This document shows, in pieces, positions 27,689 to 41,500 of a stretch of 64,000 bases of DNA (positions are counted from its first letter, which is position 1; every line of letters starts with the position of its first letter). Source of the stretch: Macrostomum lignano. Taxonomy: Eukaryota. The notes beneath the pieces are model-generated. The model was not told the DNA's origin, did no database searches, and saw only the letters and a list, made by a program, of their open reading frames with translations. The stretch is from positions 1 through 64,000 of the forward strand of contig NIVC01000590.1 of the NCBI GenBank assembly GCA_002269645.1. Direction: 5' to 3'. A program made the translations under genes and the position numbers.

Positions 27689-27892
27689 CTAGCAATCAGC
27701 GCCCCCCGTTGGGGAGCCAAAAAAATGCAGTACAAGTTTTTTTTAATAAACTACATGTAAGCGTCTCTTTGCATTATACCTTGTAAGCCTTGACATGTCA
27801 GAAAATCCCCCCACAAGCCTTAGCATATCAACCCCCTTGACATCTTAGCAATGCCCCATAAGCCTTGCAATCTTAAAAAATCTGTCAACCTT

Positions 27893-27967
27893 CTAACCCT
27901 AGCCCTAGCCTAACCCTAGCCCTAACCCTAACCCTAACCCTAACCCTAACCCTAACCCTAACCCTAA
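27893..27967 (-). repeat. Interstitial telomeric repeat (TTAGGG)n inside Helitron A2
   Basis: (CCCTAA)n on the plus strand at the homologous position. Confidence 0.9.
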
Positions 27968-28844
27968 AGCATTGAAACTTCAGTAATTCTCTCTAACAGT
28001 CATTATAGCACTACTACAGCATTAAAGCGATTCCTTGCAAGCCTCGACATCGTAGGGATTCCCAAATGAATCTCTTAACTTCGACATGAAGCTTCTTTTA
28101 TTTTTTACATTACGCTTTTTCTATCAGCGATCCCTCCCGTGAGGAGCCAACAAATAAAGAAAAAAAGTTTTCAATGGACTACATGTAGCTTCTGACTTTA
28201 GCCTTGAAATCTCATTTATTCCCCCATGAGCCTTGACATCTCAGCTATTCCCCCGTAAGCCTTGACATGTCAGCAATGCCCCCCATAAACCTTGATATCT
28301 GAAAAATCCCCTGTTAACCTTGAAACCCGATAAAATATAACCCTCAACCCACACCTGACCTAAACCTAACTTTAACCCAACCTAAAGCCTTGAAATCTCA
28401 GCAATTCTTCTCCCCTAAGCCTTGAAATTTTAGTGATTCTTTCTTCAAGAAACACAGCACTATAGCGATTCCCTCCAAGCCTTGACATCGTAGCAATTCC
28501 CAAATGAATCTTTTAACTTCGACATGACTCTTCTTTTATGTATACATAGTGCTTCTTTTCTTTTTTACATGACTCTTCTTCTATCAGCGCCCCCCCCCGT
28601 GGCGAGCCAACAAAGAATGTAATAAAAAAATTGAGTAAAGTACATGTACTTTGAAGTAGCTTCTGACTTTTGCTTTGACATCTCAGAAACCCCCCCCCCG
28701 CGTAATCTCAGTTATTCTCCGTGAGCCTTGACATCTAGCACAGTAAGTCTCCCCAGCGCAGCACAATAGCTTCATTTAATTTTTACATGACACCTCTTTC
28801 ATGTCTGACATTTTTTTTGTCACTTGATTTTTGATGTCAGTATG

Positions 28845-30062
28845 ATTTTTTTACATGACGCTTCTATGATTTTTTACATGACGCTTCTATGATTTTTTAC
28901 ATGAAGCTTCTATGATTTTTTATATGACGCTTCTATGATTGCTTACGTGACGCTTCTATGATTTTTTACATGGCGCTTCTATGATTTTTACATGACGCTT
29001 CTATGATTGTTTACATGACGCTTCTATGATTTTTTACATGACGCTTCTATGATTTTTTACATGAAGCTTCTATGATTTTTTATATGACGCTTCTATGATT
29101 GCTTACGTGACGCTTCTATGATTTTTTACATGACGCTTCTATGATTGTTTACATGACGCTTCTATGATTTTTTACATGACGCTTCTATGATTTTTTACAT
29201 GACGCTTCTATGATTTTTTACATGAAGCTTCTATGATTTTTTATATGACGCTTCTATGATTGCTTACGTGACGCTTCTATGATTTTTTACATGGCGCTTC
29301 TATGATTTTTACATGACGCTTTCATGATTGTTTACATGACGCTTCTATGAATTTTTTACATGACGCTTCTATGATTTTTTACATGACGCTTCTATGCTTT
29401 TTTACATGACGCTTCTATGATTTTTTACATGCGCTTCTATGATTTTTTACATGACGCTTTCAAGATTGTTTACATGACGCTTCTATGATATTTTACATGA
29501 CGCTTCTATGATTGTTTACATGACGCTTCTATGATTTTTTACATGACGCTTCTATGATTTTTTATATGACGCTTCTTTGATTTTTTACATGACGCTTCTA
29601 TGATTTTTTCATGACGCTTTCATGATTTTTTCATGACGCTTCTATGATTGTTTATATGACGCTTTCATGATTGTTTACATGACGCTTCTATGATTGTTTA
29701 CATGACGCTTCTATGATTTTTTACATGACGCTTCTTGATTTTTACATGACGCTTCTATGATTTTTTACATGACGCTTCTATGATTGTTTACATGACGCTT
29801 CTATGATTTTTTACATGACGCTTCTATGATTGTTTACATGACGCTTCTATGATTTTTTACATGACGCTTCTATGATTTTTTACATGACGCTTCCATGATT
29901 TTTTACATGACGCTTCTATGATTTTTTCATGACGCTTCTATGATTTTTTCATGACGCTTCTATGATTTTTTCATGACGCTTTCATGATTTTTTACATGAC
30001 GCTTCTATGATTTTTACATGACGCTTCTATGATTTTTTACATGACGCTTCTATGCTTTTTTA
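28845..30062. repeat. 22-bp minisatellite (tttacatgacgcttctatgatt); shorter copy at 26800-27080
   Basis: Seen directly. Confidence 0.95.
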
Positions 30063-30120
30063 CCTGGCGCCTTTTGTCCTTTATTTGTCCTTTAATAAAA
30101 GGTTTTAATAAAAAACTTTT

Positions 30121-30185
30121 CACTACTTAGATTCGAACCCAGGTCGCTGCATTTGCAGTCTAGTCTGTTCACTTCTAGGCTAGCT
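30121..30185 (-). pseudogene. Degenerate tRNA-like segment inside Helitron A (more decayed copy ~27143-27202)
   Basis: TAGCCTAGAAGTG ... GACTGCAAAT ... GGGTTCGAATCT; stems imperfect. Confidence 0.35.
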
Positions 30186-30677
30186 ATTATCGAATTTATA
30201 AATTAAATTGTAGCACTTATATAATTCAACACTCACTCACGAATCAGTTATGACATAATCAATTTTCCAGGCAAGTCAGTATCAGTCTCAATTAAAGTTG
30301 AGAATATGGTTACGCAATCTAAATCAAGTCTGGTGCTACGCTTCCACACTGCATTTTCAATACTGTGACGCAATTCAAGTCGGAGTTACAATTCAGTTAT
30401 GATGCAATCTATTTCAGAATCAGAATTCAACCAGTCAATTTTTTTCTCTAGCATTATTACAATGCATTTCAAGTCGAAAAGTTTGCTTGACCTTTGCAAA
30501 AAAGCATGTTTTTCGAGTATTTAATGCCTTTAGCATCGAGCAATTTCTTAGCCAAGACACATGTACCGTCATGGGAAAATTTCTGATCGAACAGTGCAAG
30601 TCTCATGAAAATCGGTTAAGCCATTTTTTCTCTAATCGATTGCAAGCAAGCAAGATTTTCATTTTTAGTATATAGGA

Positions 30678-31048
30678 CTAGCTAATTAGAGCTGGCTGCC
30701 AGCAGCCAGAATAATTTTTTTATTGCCCCCTTTAAGTGGAGCGGAGTGAGTTTTCTTATCAGTTGGCTCTGGCGCAATCAATTAAAATTGGCAGTGAAGT
30801 TTTTCGCTGATAAAATTTGCATTGAAAAAGGCCATTTAAAACAGTTTTTCGAATATTTAATCCCTTTAGCATTGAAGCAGATACAAGAAATTTTAACTGT
30901 CTTCTTTCCAGACAATTTTGAATGTTTTGGCAAAAACGCGATGAAAATCGGTGAAGAATTGCAATCTCTAGAGCGTTATGGACAAGCAAGCATTCAAACA
31001 TACAAAGCTTAGAGATTTAGTATATTTAGATTTAGTATATTTAGAAGA
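30678..31048 (-). mobile_element. Short non-autonomous Helitron, family B (371 bp)
   Basis: Minus-strand start TCTTCTAAATATACTAAATC; perfect 7-bp hairpin CTGGCTG-CCAG-CAGCCAG at 30692-30709, then CTAG at 30681-30678. Confidence 0.7.
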
Positions 31049-31554
31049 CTAGCCATTTAGCCCCCCGCTGGGGGGCCTCAAAAATGACGCTAAGTGGTGT
31101 TTTTTTGGCCCAAGAGTAATATTAATCTTATTAATTATCCAAAATTTTGATTTACATCAATCAAAAGTTACCTTTTCTCTTTTTTTGCAAAAACTAATTG
31201 CCATGAATCAGCCAAAAAAGTTTCCTTCATCAGCCTAAAACCCTTTTTCGATCAGCAAATAGTGCTTACCCTTTCAAGCACAAACTCTTAGTGCATATCG
31301 TCATTAGCCTGAACATATTCTGGTCCGTAGCAGGAGCTCAATATGCCAATCCCTGACGGTCTTAGACCCCTATTTATTAGCTGAATTCAAAGAACCAAAC
31401 CATTAATAAATACGCTGCTATTTCCTATTAGCAGAAATCAACACCACTTGTGTGTGCACTATTTTATTATCTGAATTAAATGAGCTACTTGAGCCGTACT
31501 ACTTAACTATCTGACAATCGCTCAACAATCTAACCCCTCCCCCCAACAATTCAG

Positions 31555-32035
31555 CCATCCCCCATGAGCCTTGATATCTCAACAATTTCCCCAGTAGGCC
31601 TTGACATCTCAGTAATTCCCCCAATAAGCCTTGAAATTTCAGTAAGCCTTGAAATCTCAACAATTCCCTCAGTAAGCCTTGAAATCTCAGCAATTTCAGT
31701 AAGCCTTGAAATCTCAGCAATTCCCTCAGTAAGCCTTGAAATCTCAGCAATTCTCTCAGTAAGCCTTGAAATTCTCTCAGTAAGCCTTGAAATCTCAGCA
31801 ATTCCCTCAGTAAGCCTTGAAATCTCAACAATTCCCTCAGTAAGCCTTGAAATCTCAGCAATTCCCTTAGTAAGCCTTGCTATCTCAACAATTCCCTCAA
31901 TAAGCTTTGACATCTCAGAAATTCCCCCAGTAAGCCTTGAAATCTCAATAATTCCCTTAGTAAGCCTTGCTATCTCAACAATTCCCTCAGTAAGCCTTGA
32001 CATCTCAGAAATTCCCTCAGTAAGCATCGACATCG
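31555..32035. repeat. 30-bp minisatellite (agtaagccttgacatctcagcaattccccc); also at 34700-34960 and 39030-40100
   Basis: Seen directly; source of the SRLTEGI and LLRCQG ORFs. Confidence 0.9.
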
Positions 32036-35000
32036 CAGCAATTAGACTCGATCATTAACATCTACTCAATTCTCCGAGCTCAGTAAGCCTTGACATCACA
32101 ACAACCCAACTCCCCTCTCCCCAATTCAGCAATCCCCTTATGAACCTTGATAACTCAGCAATTTCTTCATGAGCCTTGATAACTCAGCAATTTCTTCATG
32201 AGCCTTGTCAACTCAGCGATTCCCCCATTACGCCTTGAAATCTCAGCAATTCCCTTAGTAAGCATTGAAATCTTAACAATTCCCTCAGTAAGCCTTGAAA
32301 TCTACGCAATTCTCCCAGCCCAGTAAGCCTTAAAATCTCAGAAAGACCCCCAGTAGGCCTTGGTATCTCAGATATTCCAATAGTAAGCCTTGACATCTCA
32401 TCATAAGCCTCAAGCCTCATAAGCCTTGAAATCTATATTTCGCCGAAAGCTTTGACCTGTCAGCAATACCCCGAAGAGCTAAAGCATTTAAGTAATTCGC
32501 TCCAAGAGTCTTTAATCTTAGCAATTCCACCAGGAATCATTTATGTCTGACAAGACGATTGTTCTACAATTGAACCCAAACCCTAACCATATCCCTAACC
32601 TGCAGTCGAGTCACAGCATTTCAGCAACTCTCTCTCTCAGCCTAAGAATTTCAGCAATTCCACCATGAGCTTTTGAAATCTAAAACTTTCCCCAATGAGC
32701 CTTAAAATTTAGCAATTTGGCAATTCCACATGAGTCATGGTTGAAAACTAACCCTAACCCTGCCAAGTCACAGCGTTTCAGCAAGTCCCACCATGAACCA
32801 TAGTATTTCAACAATTACCCTTGAAATTTCGTGAATTTCAGCTATTCCCTTATGAGCCTTTGACATCTCAGCCAGTCTCATGTGAACCTTAGTATCTCAG
32901 AAATACCCAAAGAGCCACAGTTTACAGCATTACAGGGATCCCCCGTGAGCGTTGACATTTCAGTGATTCCATAATGAGCCTTGATATCTCAGAAATATCT
33001 CAGAAACTCCTAATTGAGCCACAAAATTTAGGCAATATCCCCAAGTCTTGCAATCACTGCAATTTCCCCCGAGCCTTGAGCCAAAGTATAATCCAGATAT
33101 CCCCCCATTAGCTTTGAAATTCCTCGATGAGTACAGCAGTTCTCCCCTAGCCTTGAGCCACAGTATAATCCAGATATCCCCCATGAGATTTGGCATTCCC
33201 CAATGAAGTCTTTAATGTTTGACGGGCCAATTTCATTTAAGGTTTAACCCTTACCTTACCCTAACAATCTCGGTAATTCCCCAACAGCCAAAGCATTCCA
33301 GTAATTATCCCCATGAGCTTTGACAGAAAAGCAATTTTCCAATGAGCTTTTAAACTTTATAACTCAGCAATTTCACATGAAACTTGGAATCAAAGCAATT
33401 CTCCCCAGAATTACGAGTACATCCTTATAGCAATTCCCCCCTAAGCCTTGAGATCTTAGAAATTCTCCCATTAGTCTTGACATCAAAGCAGTTCCCATAC
33501 CAGCCCTGACATCTTAGCAATTCCCATTGAGTCTTTTATGCTCGACGGACCGCTTCTTTTATGGTTGACATGGTGATTCTTTTTTCGCTTTTTCTTGCGT
33601 TGAGTTTTCTTCTGTTCAAAGTAGAATTTATCAAAAAATTACTATGGTTCATCATCACTTTAGCAATGGTTCACCAGCAGTTTAGCAGTAATTCACCAGC
33701 ACTTTCCGCAAAATCTGCGAGCAGATGGCCACTTATCTCCATATTTGAACCTAAGCCCCATAAATCGGCATTTATCCACACAACAACCTGAAATTATCCC
33801 TGCATCTAATCCCGCAAAAAGACTGCAGTTATTTCTTAGCAGCCGGCATTTATCATCCTCTTTGCATTCTACAACTTTTATTAAAATTAAGCATGTATAC
33901 CCTCAGCGGCATATAACTGTCCCCTTAGCCAAAAATATTTCACTTAGCAGCCGCAGAAATCCCCTAAACAACTTGTACTTAATCTTCCACAGTTAATATT
34001 CACTCAAAACTCAATAGTTTATTGTTACCCTCAGAAGTCTGCCATTATCCCCCTATTAGTCGGCAGTTTTCCCTCTCAGCAGTCTGCAGCTATTCGCTCA
34101 TAAGTCTGGAGGAACTACCTCAGCAGTTTGCAGTTTTTCCCCCTCTGCAATCTGCAATGATCCCTTCGACAATCTGCAGTTCCCCTCAGCAGTCTGCAGT
34201 CATTTCATTTTGACACTAATTGGTTTTTATTTTGGCACAACAGCAACCTTACTATAATTATCCAAAATGTTGATTTCCATTAATCAAAAATTACCTTTTC
34301 TCACGTTTGAAGAAATAAGTTGCCATGAATCAGAACTTTCATTAGCCAAAAAGTTTCCTTCATCAGCCAAAAACCCTTTCTCAATCAGCAAATAGTGCTT
34401 ATCCGTTCAAGCACAAACTCTTAGTGAATATCGTCACTGGCCGGGGCATATTCTGATCCGCAGCAGGAGCTCAAAATGCAAATCCCTGACGGCCTTAGAC
34501 CCTCTCTGTTTATTAGCCTAAATTAAAAAATCAAACCTTTAATAAATGCGCTGGTATTTCCTATTAGCAGAAATCAGCATCACTTCTGTGTACTTTTTCA
34601 TTATCTGAATTACATGAGCTACTTGAGCCGTACTACCTGACTATCTGACAATCGCCCAATAACCTAGTAACCCCCCCCCCCCAAAAAATTCAGCCATCGT
34701 CCATGAGCCTTGACATCTCAGCAATTCCCCCAGTAAGCCTTGGCATATCAGCAATTCCCCCAGTAAGCCTTGAGATCTCAGCAATTGCCCCAGTAAGCCT
34801 TGACATCTTAGCAATTCCCTTAGTAAGCCTTGAGATCTCAGAAATTCCCCCCATAAGCTCTGAGATCTCAGCAATTGCCCCCCGGTAAGCCTTGACATCT
34901 CAGCAATTCCCCCAGTAAGCCTTGACATCTCAGCAGTTATCCCATTAAGCCTCGACATCACAGCAATTAAACTCGAGCCTTGACATCACGCAATTCTCCC

Positions 35001-35869
35001 AGCGCAGTAAGCCTTGATATACCAACAACCCAACTCCCTTTTCCCAAGAATTCAGCAATACCCTTATAAGCCTTGATAACTCAGCAATTTCTTTATGAGC
35101 TTTGTCAACAGAGCGATTCCACAATGAACTTTGATTATATCTAAACAAGTCTTTAATTAATGGTCACCCTAACCCATAAGTGAGTCTTGGCGTGTTGGCA
35201 ATTTCCACCATAAGCCTTGAGCCTCAGCATTAAAGTAACTTCCTCATAAATAAGCTTTGTAATCGGAATTTCACCGAAAGCCTTGACCTGTCAGCAATTC
35301 CCCGTAGTAGAGCCAAAGCATTTAAGTTTTCCCCCCAAGAGCATTTAATCTTAGCAACTCCTCGATGGATCATTAATGATTGTCACGACGATCGCTCTAT
35401 AATTGAACCAAAACCATAGCCCTTGTTGTAGAATTTCAGCGATTCCCCAATGAGCTTTGGAAATGTTAGCAATTTCCCCATGAGCCTGAAAATTGAGTGA
35501 CCAACCTTTTGATATCTTGGCACTTGCATTTCAACAATTAATTTCAGCAATTTCACAAATGAAACTTGAAATCAAAGCAATTCTCCCCAGAATGACATAA
35601 TTATAGCAATTCCCCTGAGCCTTGAGATCTTATAAATTCTACCGTGAGTCTTGATATCACAGCAATTTCCCATACCAGCATTATGCTCGTAGCAATAGTC
35701 ATAGCAGTCTTAACAGTCTAAGCAATTCCCGATGAGACTTTTACGTTCGACAGGGCGCTTCATTTATGATTGATATGATGATTCTTGTTCGCTTTTTCTT
35801 GCGTTGCGTTTTCTTCTCTTTAAAAGTTTTTATTAAAAAAATTACAATATTTTACCATAGCTTTCTGCA

Positions 35870-36332
35870 GTTTAGCAATGGTTCACCAGCGTTTCAGCAA
35901 TGGTTCACCAGCATTTCAGCAATTCTTCACCAGCAGTTTAGCAATGGTTCACCAGCAGTTTAGCAATGCTTCACCAGCAGTTTAGCAATGCTTCACCAGC
36001 AGTTTAGCAATGCTTCACCAGCAGTTTAGCAATGGTTTACCAGCAGTTTAGCAATGCTTCACCAGCAGTTTAGCAATGCTTCACCAGCAGCTTAGCAATG
36101 CTTCACCATGCATTCAGCAATGGTTCACCAGCATTTCAGCAATGCTTCACCAGCAGTTTAGCAATGCTTCACCAGCAGTTTAGCAATGCTTCACCAGCAG
36201 TTTAGCAATGGTTTACCAGCAGTTTAGCAATGCTTCACCAGCAGTTTAGCAATGCTTCACCAGCAGCTTAGCAATGCTTTACCAGCATTTCAACAATGGT
36301 TCACCAGCAGTTTAGCAATGATTCACCAGCAC
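35870..36332. repeat. 22-bp minisatellite (cagcagtttagcaatgcttcac); second copy at 41085-41637
   Basis: Seen directly. Confidence 0.9.
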
Positions 36333-37530
36333 TTTTTTGCACAATCAGTGAGCAGATGGCCACTAATCTTTGCTTATTGCCATATTGCTTCTGGATAATC
36401 GAAACCATATGAAATGCTTTGTCAACTTGCAGGTTAAAATTGATTTGTAATCCCCTTACATATTTATTATTTTATTTTATACATCAGATTAGCACTGCTC
36501 TCCCCGATTAGCGCTGCTCTTAAAGCTTAGCGTAGCCCCAGCAAAAGTATCTACAAAATGAAAATGCTAAAAATTTGCATGAATCCTCATAGGAAACAAT
36601 GATTATTGTCACAAAGATAAATTCGCTGCTTCAATACAGACTCGAACTGCCGACCTTCTGCTAAAAGCCTTATACTATCCAAGAAGTTTAGTAACTTCGG
36701 CAGTTACTAAAACTTCTAATTCAAGATTCAAGATTCAAACTAAATTCAAGAAGTTTAGTAACTTCGGCAGTTTGAAGTTAACCCCCCCCCTGAAATCGGC
36801 AGTTATCTCCACAATATCCTGAAATTAGCTATCACTTCTAATCCCACAAACAGACTGCAGTCATACACTTAGCAGCCTGCAGATATCCACTGTGCCGTCT
36901 ACAACTTTCATTAACATCAGCAAACTACAATACTTCACTCAGCAGTCCGCAGTTATCCACTCAACAACTTGCACTAATTCTTCACAGCTATTATCCACTT
37001 TAAACTCTGTAGATAGTTATCCCCTCAACAGTTTGCTGCTATGCACTCATAAGTGTGGAGGAACTACCTCAGCAGTTTGTTCCATTTTTCCCTTTGCAGT
37101 CTGCATGAATGATCCCTTTGACAATCTGCAGTTCCCCTCAGCATCTTCTGTTCTCCTTTCCAATAATCTTCCAATCTTCCAATAATCTAAAAATGTGCTC
37201 AGCATTTTACGGCTCACTAAACAATTTTCAGTACATATCGGCATTCTTAAAAAGCTCAAAATTTGGCAATACCTTTAAGCAATTTTAACAGCATGGTCTG
37301 CAGTTTAATAGCAATTTCATACTTTCATGGTGCGAGGCAGTACTCGTTGATGGGATCAGTAATACACGAAGCAGTTTTTTAAAATCAAATTTGATAAGTG
37401 GCTTGTGCCAAGTAGCAAAAATTATTTGCTAATTAATAAAAAATGTTGCAATTAAAATTAATAAAAAATATGTTATATTTAGTCGAGTCACAAGCTACAA
37501 ATGAATGAATTTACTTATTTTAATTATCCA

Positions 37531-37609
37531 CCGGGGAGGCGGACTCGAACCTTGGACCTTACGCCTAGCCTAAACCTAGTCCTAGTGCCTACACTGCGGC
37601 TATTCCGCC
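37531..37609 (-). pseudogene. Degenerate tRNA-like / SINE-head segment inside Helitron C (second copy 42770-42848)
   Basis: A-box-like TAGCCGCAGTGTAGG and B-box GGTTCGAGTCC at tRNA-like spacing; acceptor and T stems do not pair properly. Confidence 0.4.
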
Positions 37610-38504
37610 TACTGATGGAAGGGCGCAAAAATCAGACATATATGCTTCGGCACTGCAGTCAAATACATAGCAGTGATAGCCTGCTCAGTGTGCACAGTTT
37701 TGGTGCTGGCAGAGCCATTGCACAGTTAAGTAAATCTCTCAATTTCAATACTTTTAACATGCAGTGGCTGATTTCTCTCTCCCTCCAGAGTGCCTGCGCA
37801 ATGCTTGGCACACTGCCTCCTGCTGAAAAGCTCAGAGTCAGTTTATAGCGAGAATATGCAGTACGCAGTGTGGCGCAATCATTTAGAATTGGAACGCTGC
37901 TTGGCCTTCCATTAAAAGCATTTAGATAAACTTGTTTTTCGAATATTTAATACCTTTAGCATTGAAGCAGATTAAAGAAATTTTAGCTGTCCTCTTTCCA
38001 GATAATTACAAAACTTTTGGCCAAAACGCGATCAAAATTGGTCAAGAATTGCAGTCTGTAGAGCGTTACGAAAAACAGATCTTTGACGCTTAAAGAGCTC
38101 GCTGCTAGCCTCCAGAAAAATTTTATTTTTGACCCCTGGTATGGTTGCGCAATTTAAATGGAGTAATTATCTGGGCAGTGGGGCCCATGAGTTTTCTGAT
38201 CAGTTGGCTCTGGCGCAATCATTAAAATTGGCTGTGAAGTTTTTCGCTGATAAAATTTTGCATTGAAAAAGGCCATTTAAAACAGTTTTTCGAATATTTA
38301 ATCCCTTTAGCATTGAAGCAGATACGATAAATTTTAACCGTCTTCTTTCCAGACAATTTTGAATCTTTTGGCGAAAACGCGATCAAAATCGGTGAAGAAT
38401 TGCAGTCTCTAGAGCGTTATGGACATTCATTCATTCAAGCATACAAACCTTAGAGATTTAGTATATTTAGAAAGCTTAGAGATTTAGTATATTTAGAAGA
38501 TAGA

Positions 38505-41500
38505 CTAGCCATTTAGCCCCCCGCTGGGGAGCCTTGAAAATGACACCAATTGGTTTTTATTTTGGCACAAGAGTAACCTTACTATAATCATCCAAAATTT
38601 TGATTTCCAATAATCAAAAATTACCTTTTCTCATTTTGGCAGAAATAAATTGTCGTCAATCCGAATTTTATTAGCCAAAAAAGTTTCGTTCATCAGCTCA
38701 AAACCCTTTCTAAATCAGCAAATAGTGCTTATCCTTTCAAGCACAAACTCTTGATGCATATCGTCACTGGCCGGGGCATATTCTGATCCGCAGCAGGAGC
38801 TCAATATGCAAATCTCTGACGGCCTTAGACCCTCTCTCTAAATTAGCCTAAATCAAAGGATCAAACCAGCGCAAAGGATTAAATGCGCTGGTATTTCCTA
38901 TTAGCAGAAATCAGCATCACTTGTGTGTACTTTTTCATTATCTGAATTACATGAGCTACTTGAGCCGTACTACCTGACTATCTGACAATCGCCCAACAAC
39001 CTAACACCCCCCAAAAAAATTTAGCCATCGTCCATGAGCCTTGACGTCTCAGCAATTTCCACAGTAAGCCTTGAGATCTCAGAAATTATCCCAGTAAGCC
39101 TTGAGATCTCAGCAATTCCCCCAGTAAGCCTTGACATCTCAGCAATTCCCCCAGTAAGCCTTGAAATCTCAGCATTCCCCCAGTAAGCATTGAGATCTCA
39201 GAAATTATCCCAGTAAGCCTTGACATCTCAGTAAGCATAGAAATCTTAGCAATTCCCAGTAGGACTTGACATTTTAGCAATTCCCAGAAAGCCTTGACAT
39301 CTCAGCAATTCCCCCAGTAAGCCTTGACATCTCAGCAATTCCCCCAGTAAGCCTTGACATCTCAGTAAGCATAGAAATCTTAGCAATTCCCAGTAGGACT
39401 TGACATTTTAGCAATTCCCAGAAAGCCTTGACATCTCAGCAATTCCCCCAGTAAGCCTTGACATCTCAGCAATTCCCCCAGTAAGCCTTGAAATCTCAGC
39501 ATTCCCCCAGTAAGCATTGAGATCTCAGAAATTATCCCAGTAAGCCTTGACATCTCAGTAAGCATAGAAATCTTAGCAATTCCCAGTAGGACTTGACATT
39601 TTAGCAATTCCCAGAAAGCCTTGACATCTCAGCAATTCCCCCAGTAAGCCTTGACATCTCAGCAATTCCCCCAGTAAGCCTTGACATCTCAGTAAGCATA
39701 GAAATCTTAGCAATTCCCAGTAGGACTTGACATTTTAGCAATTCCCAGAAAGCCTTGACATCTCAGCAATTCCCCCAGTAAGCCTTGACATCTCAGTAAT
39801 TCCCCAAGTAAGCCTTGAGATCTCAGCAATTCCCCCAGTAAGCCTTGACATCTCAGCAATACCCCCAGTAAGCCTTGACGTCTGAGGAATTCCCCGAGTA
39901 AGCCTTGAAATCTCAGCATTCCCCCAGTAAGCTCTGAGATCTCAGCAATTCCCCCAGTAAGCCTTGACATCTCAGTAAGCATAGAAATTTTAGCAATTTC
40001 CAGTAGGACTTGACATTTTAGCAATTCCCAGAAAGCCTTGACATCTCAGCAATTCTTAGTAGGACTTGACATCTCAGCAATTCCCCCATTAAGCCTCGAC
40101 ATTGCAGCAATTCTCCCAGCGCAGTATTTAGCCTTGACATCCCAACAACCCAACTCCCCTCTCCCAAGAATTCAGCAATCCCCTTATAAGCCTTGATAAC
40201 TCAGCTATTCCCCCCATGAGCTTAGATATCTTAGCAAGTCTTTAATTGATTGTTGACAGCTGTTAGTCTATGATTGAACCAAAACTGACCCTAAGCCCCC
40301 TAACCTACCCATAAGTGAGTCTTGGCATGTTAGCAATTTCCACTATGAGCCTTGAGCCTCAGCATTAAAGTAACTTCCTCATAAGCTTTGTAATCTGAAT
40401 TTCACCGAAAGCCTTGACCTGTCAGCAATTTCCCGTAGAGCCAAAGCATTTAAGTACTCGTAATTCGCCCCAAGAGCCTTTAATCTTAGCAATTCCTCGA
40501 TGGATCATTGATGGTTGTCACGACGATCGCTCTATAATTTAACCAAAACCATAACCCTTAACCTGTAGTCGAATTTCAGCTATTCCCCAATGAGCTTTGG
40601 AAATGTTAGCAATTTCACCACGAACGTTCTAGAGATAGAACCAATTGACCAATTTTAATCGCGTTTTTACGAAAAGATTTGTAATTATCTGGAAAGAAGA
40701 AAATTGAGTGACTAACCTTTCGATATCTTGGCACTTGCATTTTAACAAATAATTTCAGCAATTTCACAAATTAAACTTGAAATCAAAGCAATTCTTCCCA
40801 GAATGACATAATTATATAGCAATTCCCCCTGAGCCTTGAGATCTTATAAATTCTACCGTGAGTCTTGATATCACAGCAATTTCCCATACCAGCATTATGC
40901 TCGTAGCAATAGTCATAGCAGTCTTAACAGTCTAAGCAATTCCCGATGAGACTTTTACGTTCGACAGGGCGCTTCATTTATGATTGATATGATGATTCTT
41001 GTTCGCTTTTTCTTGCGTTGCGTTTTCTTCTCTTTAAAAGTTTTTATTAAAAAAATTACAATATTTTACCATAGCTTTCTGCAGTTTAGCAATGGTTCAC
41101 CAGCGTTTCAGCAATGGTTCACCAGCATTTCAGCAATTCTTCACCAGCAGTTTAGCAATGGTTCACCAGCAGTTTAGCAATGCTTCACCAGCAGTTTAGC
41201 AATGCTTCACCAGCAGTTTAGCAATGCTTCACCAGCAGTTTAGCAATGGTTTACCAGCAGTTTAGCAATGCTTCACCAGCAGTTTAGCAATGCTTCACCA
41301 GCAGCTTAGCAATGCTTCACCATGCATTCAGCAATGGTTCACCAGCATTTCAGCAATGTTTCACCAGCAGTTTAGCAATGCTTCACCAGCATTCAGCAAT
41401 GGTTTACCAGCATTCAGCAATGCTTTACCAGCATTTCAACAATGGTTCACCAGCAGTTTAGCAATGCTTCGCCAGCAGTTTAGCAATGCTTCACCAGCAG

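Larger units (their letters stand above)
27689..30677 (-). mobile_element. Non-autonomous Helitron, family A, copy 2 (expanded 22-bp minisatellite)
   Basis: Same termini as copy 1 (TCCTATATACTAAAAATG ... hairpin-CTAG) and collinear internal sequence. Confidence 0.75.
31049..38504 (-). mobile_element. Composite non-autonomous Helitron, family C (two internal units, junction near 34213)
   Basis: Terminal hairpin GCCCCC-CGCT-GGGGGC next to CTAG (31049-31052); minus-strand start TCTATCTTCTAAATATAC at 38504. The subterminal sequence recurs at ~34213. Confidence 0.65.
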
